Assembly: GCA_027491915.1 (NCBI GenBank)
Contig: JAOZGC010000004.1
Span: 64,001 to 128,000, forward strand
Reading direction: 5' to 3'
From: Thermoproteota archaeon
GTDB lineage: Archaea; Korarchaeota; Korarchaeia; Korarchaeales; Korarchaeaceae
DNA: 64,000 nucleotides
The translations under genes were made by a program, and so were the position numbers. Below the pieces are notes generated by a model that had not been told where the DNA came from, ran no database searches, and saw only the letters and a program-made list of their open reading frames with translations. This document shows, piece after piece, positions 56,815 to 64,000 of this stretch (position 1 is the first letter of the stretch; every line of letters starts with the position of its first letter).

Positions 56815-57135
56815 ATGGATCGGACGGTGCCCCGCGAGCTCTACTACTCGGTCCAGAGGAGGCTGAACATGATGGGCCTGGGAGCCGTCTGGACGCCGAG
56901 GTCCGCGGTCTCCGGGAGGGTCGACCCGGAGGAGCTGGTCGACTACTGCCTGGCCAGGGGGATCAAGGTGATAGCCACCTTCGACAGGAATTTCAGGCTC
57001 CCGACCCGGGCCCGGGGTAGGATAGCCCTGGTCCGGCTGAGGGGGGGTAGGGGTTCAACCGTGAACAAGGTCATCGCGGCCCTGGCCGGGGCCGCCAGGA
57101 GGCTCGAGGGGCTGGAGCCGAGCTCGAGCCTTTAA
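56815..57135 (+). CDS. Small PIN-like (DUF5615-like) protein; start uncertain
   Basis: (FL)MD.TVP, D.EEL..YC...G...I.TFD.NF pattern. Confidence 0.5.
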   Translation: MDRTVPRELYYSVQRRLNMMGLGAVWTPRSAVSGRVDPEELVDYCLARGIKVIATFDRNFRLPTRARGRIALVRLRGGRGSTVNKVIAALAGAARRLEGLEPSSSL

Positions 57136-57198
57136 ATCACCGGAGAAAAGATTATAGCCTGACCCGACTCCTCCACCGAGGAGGAGGTCCAGAGAGGC

Positions 57199-57516
57199 TT
57201 GTTCGGATCTAGGTCTGCCGGAGAGGCGGCCGAAGAAGGTAAAGAAAGGGAGATTTTCATAACGAAGATAGTCCTCGATATAGTCAAACCCCACAACCCG
57301 AGCATAATAGAACTGGCCCAAGGCCTGGGCGAGCTGAGGGGCGTGGACAGGGTCGACATATCGGTTCAGGACTACGACAGCAACATAGAGAGGCTCAAGC
57401 TGACGATAGAGGGGGAAGACCTGGACTACGAGGAGATAGCCAGGCTCGTGCGGTACTACGGGGGGAACGTCGCCAGCCTCGACGGGGTGACCGCCCTGGC
57501 CAGGGAGGAGGAGTAA
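57199..57516 (+). CDS. DUF211 family protein
   Basis: IVLDIVKPH.PSIIELA..L....GV..V.I, L.LTIEG..LDY, GG..AS.D.V. Confidence 0.88.
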   Translation: MFGSRSAGEAAEEGKEREIFITKIVLDIVKPHNPSIIELAQGLGELRGVDRVDISVQDYDSNIERLKLTIEGEDLDYEEIARLVRYYGGNVASLDGVTALAREEE

Positions 57517-57750
57517 GCCGGGGGCCGAGTAGACCGGACCTGACCTCAGACAGGGGTGGCCCTAACCGCTTGGGCAACCCGCCCTCGACCCTGACACTCT
57601 CCGAGCCGGGACCTGCGGGTTCGGGTACCCTCAGTCCGAGGTCTCTCGGGTAGATTTGTCGCCATCCCGCGCAGTCCAGTCCGGGGGGCGGTCCCATCCC
57701 CAGCCCGAGACGCCCCCTCCACCCTTTCAGGCCGAGCGCCCGACCCGAGC
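57517..57750 (-). ncRNA. Candidate structured non-coding RNA of unknown family
   Basis: Nested long-range helices with G-U pairs favouring the minus strand; TTATATA box ~25 nt upstream; no credible ORF. Confidence 0.55.
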
Positions 57751-57758
57751 CCGCGCGA

Positions 57759-57787
57759 CCGGGTCGGGTATATAACGCCCGACCCGG
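57759..57787. promoter_or_regulatory. Bidirectional TATA box flanked by a 10-bp inverted repeat
   Basis: CCGGGTCGGG-TATATAACG-CCCGACCCGG. Confidence 0.6.
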
Positions 57788-57800
57788 GTCCCCCGGCGGC

Positions 57801-59093
57801 ATGGCCCGCGTGCACATAGAGACCCACGGGTGCACAATGAACAGGAGCGACTCTGAGATAATGGCCGGGCTGCTCTCGTCGGCCGGGCACGTGATGGTTG
57901 GATCCCCGGAGGAGGCGGACGTCGTCATCCTGAACACCTGCAACGTCAAGCTCCCCACGGAGAGGAGGATGGTGAGGAGGGCCGCGGAGCTGTCCGCCTC
58001 CGGAGTCCCCCTGGTGGCCGCCGGGTGCATGGCCAGGACCCAGCCGGACCTCCTCAGGCCTTACGCGTCGGTCCTCCTGGGGCCGAGATCCTTAATCGAC
58101 GTGGTATCCGCGGTGGACGCGGCCCTGTCGGGGCGAGAATCCGAATTCTTGGAGGACAGGGCGCTTAACAAGGCGTCCATGCCGCGGGTCAGGTTGAACC
58201 CGACGTCGGCGCCCGTACCCGTCGAGGAGGGCTGCCTCGGCGCCTGCACGTACTGCATAACCAGATTCTCTCGGGGCAGGCTGAGGAGCTTCCCCCCAGA
58301 TGACGTGATCTCGGCCGTTGCAAAGGCCCTGAAGGGGGGAGCCGTAGAGATACTGCTCACCGGCGAGGATCTAGGCGTTTACGGGTGGGACCTGGGGATC
58401 ACGCTCGCCGACCTGCTGGGGGCGATCCTCTCGGAGATTGGAGGGTCATACAGGATCAGGGTCGGGATGGCCACCCCGGACTCCTTCTCCTCACTCCTTC
58501 CGGGGATACTGGACGTTTGGGGGGACGAGAGGGTGTACAGGTTCTTCCACCTGCCGGTCCAGAGCGGCAGCGACGAGATCCTGGCCGCCATGGGGAGGAG
58601 GTACACCTCGGCGGACTTCCTCTCCCTGGCCTCGACCCTGAGGGGGTGGGACCCCGACTCCTCCATATCGACGGACGTCATAGTGGGATTCCCCGGCGAG
58701 GATGGGGAGGACTTCGAGGCGACTCTGAGGCTCTTGGAGTCGGTGAAACCGGACTTCGTGAACATGAGCAGGTACGGACCCAGGCCGGGCACCAGGGCGG
58801 CCGCCTGGACCCCGCCGCCGCTGTCGGAGGTCAAGAGGAGATCCAGGGAGCTCCACGACCTGGTCATGGAGATAAAGATGAGGAGGAATGAGAGGCTCGT
58901 CGGACGGGAGCTCAAGGTCTTGGTCACCGAGAGGGCCCCCGGCGGTCGCTTTCAGGCTAGAACGGACTTCTACACCCCAGTCGCCCTGGAGGGGGAGGTT
59001 GAGGTGGGGAAGTTCTACCGCGCGGTGGTGGAGGAGGCCAGGAGCAACTACGTCGTCGCCAGGGTCGTCGGGGGGGCTCACGGCGGGAAGTAA
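57801..59093 (+). CDS. tRNA t6A37 methylthiotransferase (archaeal MtaB/MiaB-like)
   Basis: ETHGC.MN..DSE, NTCNVK, GC, EGCLGACTYC, HLPVQSGSD, TD.IVGFPGE, C-terminal TRAM. Confidence 0.92.
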   Translation: MARVHIETHGCTMNRSDSEIMAGLLSSAGHVMVGSPEEADVVILNTCNVKLPTERRMVRRAAELSASGVPLVAAGCMARTQPDLLRPYASVLLGPRSLIDVVSAVDAALSGRESEFLEDRALNKASMPRVRLNPTSAPVPVEEGCLGACTYCITRFSRGRLRSFPPDDVISAVAKALKGGAVEILLTGEDLGVYGWDLGITLADLLGAILSEIGGSYRIRVGMATPDSFSSLLPGILDVWGDERVYRFFHLPVQSGSDEILAAMGRRYTSADFLSLASTLRGWDPDSSISTDVIVGFPGEDGEDFEATLRLLESVKPDFVNMSRYGPRPGTRAAAWTPPPLSEVKRRSRELHDLVMEIKMRRNERLVGRELKVLVTERAPGGRFQARTDFYTPVALEGEVEVGKFYRAVVEEARSNYVVARVVGGAHGGK

Positions 59094-60133
59094 TCGTAGG
59101 GATCCCCTTCGACCTCCGGGGGTGCGGACGTTCCCGCGGAAACCATCATCAGGACGTAGAGGTTGCTGTAGTAGCCGATGGACTTCCTGCCCAGGGCTTC
59201 GCTTCCCAGCCTGACCCCCTCGGCCACCGTCGGCTCGCTTATCGGGCCGGATGGGGGGACCTCGTACTCGTTGAATCCAGGGTGCATCCGCCACAGGGTG
59301 AAACCGAGGTCCGCCGCGAACCCCAAGACCTCAGCCTCCCTCCTCCCCATCTCATCCGGCAGGTAGGAGATCACCCCGGCCGATCCCCTCTCCTTGCGCA
59401 GGGACTCCCATCCCCTCAGCAGGAAGGTCTCCACCCCCGGGGCGGTGTAGGGCGGATCGGCGATGAAGAGGTCGAACCTATCCCTGTACTCCCGAGGGAG
59501 TGGTTCCCTGAGGTCGGTCCTCGCCACCCGGACTTCCACGCCCAGGGCGTCCGCGACCTCGCCCGTCAATCCTATCACCCTCTCGTCCAGCTCGAATACT
59601 GTAACCTCCGCCCCGGTCGACGCCGCCAGGGGGGCCGCCACGAAATCGTCGTCCCCCATGACGGCCACCTCCCTCCCCCTGAGGGGGAACAATTCACCTA
59701 TCAGCCTGATCCTGCGGTTCAGGGTCTCCTCGGTGCACTGCAGCTGGTCCAGGTTCAGGTCCACCTCTATGGTCGGCCTCTCGAACCTGATCGGAGAGGG
59801 CCCGGAGAACCACCGGTCCAGGGGGGTGACCCTACCGTCCTCCGAGAGCTCTATGAGTCCCTCCTCCCTCAGGGATCCAGCCAGCCTGAGGGCCTTGTCA
59901 GAGAGCATGGGATAGTCCCTTGCCAACTCCCTCACCCCGCCAACCCTAGCCAGCCTCCAGGCCATTATCTCGAACTCCCTCGGCGACGCCATCGAGTTGT
60001 TCCTCCAAGACAGCCTCGCGGCCTCCTCGTCCTTGCCGTAGTGGTCTCGGGCTACCCTGACGTTGGCCTCCTCGTCCCACCTGAGGAACCTCCTGTAGGC
60101 CCGGAGCATGGCGGCGGTGAGGCCCCCACCCAT
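59078..60133 (-). CDS. bpsA: Branched-chain polyamine (N4-bis(aminopropyl)spermidine) synthase-family protein
   Basis: DQ...T.ET...R, GDDD, FELDER, DLREPLP....RFDLF..DPPYT..G...FL.RG, FN.Y. Confidence 0.82.
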   Translation of the reverse strand: MGGGLTAAMLRAYRRFLRWDEEANVRVARDHYGKDEEAARLSWRNNSMASPREFEIMAWRLARVGGVRELARDYPMLSDKALRLAGSLREEGLIELSEDGRVTPLDRWFSGPSPIRFERPTIEVDLNLDQLQCTEETLNRRIRLIGELFPLRGREVAVMGDDDFVAAPLAASTGAEVTVFELDERVIGLTGEVADALGVEVRVARTDLREPLPREYRDRFDLFIADPPYTAPGVETFLLRGWESLRKERGSAGVISYLPDEMGRREAEVLGFAADLGFTLWRMHPGFNEYEVPPSGPISEPTVAEGVRLGSEALGRKSIGYYSNLYVLMMVSAGTSAPPEVEGDPYDYFPP

Positions 60134-60498
60134 CAGACCCCCACCCTCCCCCTGAGCTCGACTATGTTGTGGGCCGACGGCCTGAGGATCTCCATCAGGA
60201 CTTCCACGGCCCCCTCCGCCCACTCCCTCTCGGAGAAGGAGACCGAATTCACCGTGGCATATGAGTGCTCCGGCCAGGTGTGCACGGCCACGTACCCCCT
60301 GGTGGTGAGGAGGAAGGCGCTCACGCCGTAGGGTTCGAACTCGTGCACGTGGAGGGCCCTCACCTCGTCTCCCATCCTGGCGGCCACGGCCTCCAGGGAG
60401 GCCCTCAACCTCTCCGGGGAATCGAGGATCGACGGATCCGCCACGTCGTAGAACTCCACTATGAGCCTGCTCCCGAGATCCGGCGCGTCCCGACTCAA
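60133..60498 (-). CDS. S-adenosylmethionine decarboxylase (SpeD)-like protein, predicted catalytically inactive
   Basis: G..LIVEFY, H.F.P.GVS and HTWPE..YA.V retained; ESH replaced by RGY and TCG by SFS. Confidence 0.85.
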   Translation of the reverse strand: MSRDAPDLGSRLIVEFYDVADPSILDSPERLRASLEAVAARMGDEVRALHVHEFEPYGVSAFLLTTRGYVAVHTWPEHSYATVNSVSFSEREWAEGAVEVLMEILRPSAHNIVELRGRVGV

Positions 60499-61184
60499 AT
60501 CTCTCCCTCCTCTCCCGGCTCGAACTCCACGACCTCGGCCTCGATCCCCCTGTCCCTGAGCGCGGCCCTCAACTCCGCCGGGGTCCCCCTAAGGACGGGA
60601 AAGGTGCCGTAGTGCATCGGCACCACCTTCCCCGCGCCCAGCAGCTCCACCGCCTTGGCCGCCTCCCTGGGTCCCATGGTGTAGTGCCCCCCTATGGGGA
60701 GCATCGCCACCTCCGGCCTGTACAGCTCCCCCAAGAGGGCCATCCCCGGGAAGACGCCCGTGTCCCCGGCGTGGTAGAAGGTGACCTCCCCCGTGGACAC
60801 GACGAACCCGACCGGAACCCCGAGAGAGGAGCTGTGGAGGGCCTGAGTCAGGACTACCTCGGCGCCCCTCAGGCTTACCGGCCCGCCCACGTTCGCCCCG
60901 ATGGCCTTGGCCCCCTCGCTCTGGGCGTGGTTCGCCAGCTCGAACACGCCCACCACCTCGGTACCCCACCTCTTGGACGCCTCTATGGCCTCTACCAGCC
61001 CGTGGTCGCCGTGGCTGTGCGTCACCAGCGCGTAATCCACCCCCTCGAGGACGTCCATCCCGACGTTCCCCTTGGCCGCCGAGGGGTTCCCCTCTATCCA
61101 GGGATCCAGCGCCACCTTGAGGCCGGAGCTCTCCACCAGGAACCCCGCGTGCCCCACGTACTTGACCAACATCCTCCGGATCAC
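60495..61184 (-). CDS. UPF0173-like metal-dependent hydrolase (MBL fold)
   Basis: GHA.F, DPWI.GNP, THSHGDH, A.HSS, YHAGDT, LPIGG.YTMGP, PMHY.TFP. Confidence 0.9.
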   Translation of the reverse strand: MIRRMLVKYVGHAGFLVESSGLKVALDPWIEGNPSAAKGNVGMDVLEGVDYALVTHSHGDHGLVEAIEASKRWGTEVVGVFELANHAQSEGAKAIGANVGGPVSLRGAEVVLTQALHSSSLGVPVGFVVSTGEVTFYHAGDTGVFPGMALLGELYRPEVAMLPIGGHYTMGPREAAKAVELLGAGKVVPMHYGTFPVLRGTPAELRAALRDRGIEAEVVEFEPGEEGEI

Positions 61185-61337
61185 CTGGCGTCATCCACCG
61201 GCCCGCCATAATTTAGGCTAGCCGGCTCCGACCGTTCCCCAGAATAGCCTTATATAGGGTCGGCGGCCGGCCGGAGGAGCGATATTGCGCACGTTAACTC
61301 TATCTAATTCCAGCGTGGCGCGGGAGGTCGGTGTCTC

Positions 61338-63044
61338 ATGGGTCAGCGGGTGGTGGGGAACCTGATATCGGTGGCCGGCAGGGACATACCGATAGGCGGG
61401 CCGACGCCGGATGTGAGGGAGGGGGAGACCCTCCTGAGGAGAACCCTGTCCCTCTGCCCGGATTGCTACAGGCTCCTCCCGGCGATCGTCGTCGAGAGGG
61501 AGGGGAAGACCTACATAAGGAGGGTGTGTCCTGATCACGGCGAGATCGAGGAGATCTACTGGGGGGACTCAGATTTCTACAAGAGGGCCATGAAGTACGA
61601 GGTCCCCCCCATCCGAGTCTCGCCGAACGTCCAGGAGGTCACAGCCCCGTGCCCCTTCAACTGCGGGCTCTGCCCCATGCACGGCGACATGACGGCGCTA
61701 GCCAACATAGTGTTGACGAACAGGTGCAACCTGAACTGCTGGTACTGCTTCTTCTTCGCCGAAAAGGCCGGATTCGTCTACGAGCCATCCATAGATGAGA
61801 TAAGGAAAATGGTGAGGGTCCTCAGATCCCAAAAACCGGTTCCCGGCCTGGCCGTCCAGCTAACCGGGGGGGAGCCCACCCTGAGGGACGACCTGGTAGA
61901 GATCGTTAAGATGATAAGAGAGGAGGGGGTAAGACATATACAGCTCAACACCCACGGTATAACCTTCCTGGAGAAGCCTGACCTGATGAGGAGGGTGAGG
62001 GAAGCCGGGGTCAACACCATCTACATGAGCTTCGACGGAGTCAGCCCGAAGGTAAACGTGAAGAACCACTGGGAGGTCCCCTACGTGCTGGACATAGCCA
62101 GGGAGGCGGGCATGACCAGCATAGTTCTGGTGCCCACCGTCATAAGGGGTTTCAACACCCACGAGCTGGGGGACATAATCAGATTCGCCGCGTACAACAT
62201 AGACGTGGTCAGGGGCGTCAACTTCCAGCCGGTCTCCCTGACGGGCCAGGTGCCCCGTTCCGAGAGGGACAGGATCAGGATAACCATCCCCGACGTGATA
62301 AGGCTCATAGAGGAGCAGACCGACGGTCAGATCCCGGTGGAATCCTGGTACCCAGTCCCCTTCGTCTACGTGATAAGCGAGTTCATAGAGGCCGTAACCG
62401 GGAGGCCCCAGTTCAAGATGACCAACCACCCGGTCTGCGGCGCTGCCACCTACGTCTTTCCGGAGTTCGAGGGATCGGGATCCGAGAGGAGGATCGGGAG
62501 GTTCGTCCCAATAACCGATTTCATAAGGGTAGAGGAGTTCCACGACTACCTCAGGGAGAAGGTGGAGGACATCAGGCGCGGCTCCAACAAGTACCTCGTC
62601 CTGCTGAAGGTGATCTCATCGCTGAGGAAGTTCATAGAGCGGGATAAGCAGCCCGAGGGGCTCGACATATATGGGATACTCAGGAAGGTCCTCCTCAAGA
62701 GGAACTACGACGCGCTGGGCGAGTTCCACTACAAGTCACTTTTCCTCGGGATGATGCACTTCATGGACCTCTACAACTACGACGTCCAGAGGGTGATGAG
62801 GTGCAACATACACTACCTCAGCCCGGACGGGAGGATCATACCGTTCTGCGCCTTCAACGTCCTCCCGGATATCTACAGGGACAAGATTCAGAGGGAGCAC
62901 TCCGTCAGCCTGGAGGAGTACGCCGCGGCGCACGGCCCGGAGTCCGTCGGGGAGGCGAGCAAGTACAGGAGGGACGTGAAGGCACTGGAATCCGGGGAAC
63001 CCTACAGGCGCGCCTACGCACCCTTCATGGAGGCCTGGAGGTGA
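61338..63044 (+). CDS. tes: Tetraether lipid synthase (Tes/GDGT-MAS, radical SAM)
   Basis: N-terminal SLCPDC..CPDHG, CPFNCGLC..H, LTNRCNLNCWYCF, NFQPVS, HP.CG, MHFMD.YNYD..R..RC.IHY, IPFC. Confidence 0.9.
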   Translation: MGQRVVGNLISVAGRDIPIGGPTPDVREGETLLRRTLSLCPDCYRLLPAIVVEREGKTYIRRVCPDHGEIEEIYWGDSDFYKRAMKYEVPPIRVSPNVQEVTAPCPFNCGLCPMHGDMTALANIVLTNRCNLNCWYCFFFAEKAGFVYEPSIDEIRKMVRVLRSQKPVPGLAVQLTGGEPTLRDDLVEIVKMIREEGVRHIQLNTHGITFLEKPDLMRRVREAGVNTIYMSFDGVSPKVNVKNHWEVPYVLDIAREAGMTSIVLVPTVIRGFNTHELGDIIRFAAYNIDVVRGVNFQPVSLTGQVPRSERDRIRITIPDVIRLIEEQTDGQIPVESWYPVPFVYVISEFIEAVTGRPQFKMTNHPVCGAATYVFPEFEGSGSERRIGRFVPITDFIRVEEFHDYLREKVEDIRRGSNKYLVLLKVISSLRKFIERDKQPEGLDIYGILRKVLLKRNYDALGEFHYKSLFLGMMHFMDLYNYDVQRVMRCNIHYLSPDGRIIPFCAFNVLPDIYRDKIQREHSVSLEEYAAAHGPESVGEASKYRRDVKALESGEPYRRAYAPFMEAWR

Positions 63045-63060
63045 CCCCCCGCCGCGGGGG

Positions 63061-64000
63061 GTGTCAGAGGTAACCCCCTTCGATCGTGTCGACGCCGTCG
63101 TGGTCGGGGCGGGCCCGGCCGGACTGGAGGCCGCGGCGGCCTTGGCCTCCGGCGGCGTCGATGTCTTGGTGCTGGAGAGGTTCCCGGACCCGGGGGACAA
63201 CTCCGTCTGCGGGGAGATGATCCCCTCCCCCCGTTCGGCCCGTGAGGTCTACGGCCCGGATCCGCCGCTGGACGACGTTTACTCCGAATTTCGAGGGGAG
63301 ATCCTGCTCAACGAGACCAGGTACCTGGACGTCAGGGTTGGGAGGAAGGCCTACCTGATACCCTTCGAGAGTTGGGTAATAGACAGGTCGGCCTTCCTCA
63401 GGGAGATGGCCGAGAGGGCATTGGAGGCCGGCGCCCGCCTGATCACCCGCGCCCCGGTACTGGGTGTGGCTATGAGGGAAGGCGTCGAGGTCTCCTTCTC
63501 CTCGCGGGGGTCTACCCACCTTCTGAGCGCCGGGTGGCTGTTGGCGGCCGACGGGATACCTTCGACCGTCGCCAGGGGGATCGGGAGACCGCCCCTGCCC
63601 CGGAACCCGGCGGACTTCGCGCTGGCCGTCAACGTCAGGGTCGAGGGATCCATGTATCCCGAGGACTCCGTGCTCATGGATTTCAGGCCGGGGGTGGCCC
63701 CCGGCGGCTACGCCTGGATAATACCCCGCGGCGGGGGGTCGGCGAACGTCGGGCTCGGGGTGAGGGCCTCCGAGCTCGACAGAGTGGACGTCGTGGAGGC
63801 GCTCGCCGGGTACATTCGGTCATCTCCCTTCCTGAAGGTAGCAAAGATCGTCGGGGACGTCAGGGGTAAGCTGATCCCCGTGTCCGGCCTGAGGAGGGAT
63901 CTCCAGATTGGCAAGGTTCTCTTCGTCGGGGACTCGGCGTGGACGTGTCACCCGGTCAACGGCGGGGGGATAGTCCCGGCGATGGTATCCGGCAGGCTGG
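63061..64000 (+). CDS. Geranylgeranyl reductase-family FAD oxidoreductase (3' partial; not in ORF track)
   Basis: Manual translation DAVVVGAGPAG, LER, CGE, ADG, PGGYAWIIP, ANVGLG, VGDSA...HPVNGGGI. Confidence 0.88.
   Translation, partial: MSEVTPFDRVDAVVVGAGPAGLEAAAALASGGVDVLVLERFPDPGDNSVCGEMIPSPRSAREVYGPDPPLDDVYSEFRGEILLNETRYLDVRVGRKAYLIPFESWVIDRSAFLREMAERALEAGARLITRAPVLGVAMREGVEVSFSSRGSTHLLSAGWLLAADGIPSTVARGIGRPPLPRNPADFALAVNVRVEGSMYPEDSVLMDFRPGVAPGGYAWIIPRGGGSANVGLGVRASELDRVDVVEALAGYIRSSPFLKVAKIVGDVRGKLIPVSGLRRDLQIGKVLFVGDSAWTCHPVNGGGIVPAMVSGRL

Noticed and set aside
57517-57750. Assignment of the structured element as RNase P, SRP RNA or a group I intron (TGCG..GGGA / AACCCGCAG resemble P/Q)
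   Set aside because: The universal RNase P and SRP motifs are absent, no P7 pairing can be formed, and it does not interrupt a gene.
57395-58030. Minus-strand ORFs 57395-58030 and 57546-57890 covering the gap
   Set aside because: They overlap DUF211 and/or mtaB antisense, have Pro/Gly/Arg-rich composition and show no motifs.
138-63914. Numerous long antisense and alternate-frame ORFs in the track (e.g. 3717-6356 -, 9867-12290 -, 48085-50280 -)
   Set aside because: They are shadows of well-supported genes caused by high GC and codon bias, with no family motifs.
1-64000. CRISPR arrays, IS elements, inteins in RadA or Tes, reverse transcriptase or defence islands
   Set aside because: No repeat-spacer periodicity or transposase/RT motifs were seen by eye, and protein lengths are normal.

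Overview
High-GC, densely coding core-genome window of a (hyper)thermophilic archaeon. Markers include primase/GINS, an archaeal histone, rpS25e, RadA, NurA-HerA-Mre11-Rad50, tetraether synthase and BpsA. A TACK-type, possibly Korarchaeota-like, lineage is an inference. About 60 CDS and 3 tRNAs (one with a BHB intron) are supported. No CRISPR array, transposase or integrase was seen. All family calls come from motif recognition by eye, not database searches. The most notable candidates are: (1) a ~230-nt structured, promoter-bearing, non-coding element at 57517-57750 that matches no RNA family I recognise; (2) a catalytically dead AdoMetDC homologue translationally coupled to a branched-polyamine synthase; (3) a degenerate BacA/UppP-DedA fusion suggesting lipid-carrier recycling; (4) an arginine-synthetase-like / creatininase / pyruvate kinase operon; (5) PspA plus a membrane-tethered winged-helix protein; (6) a GIY-YIG-HAD fusion within an ogg-gyaR cluster; (7) sulfur-carrier folds lacking their reactive residues.
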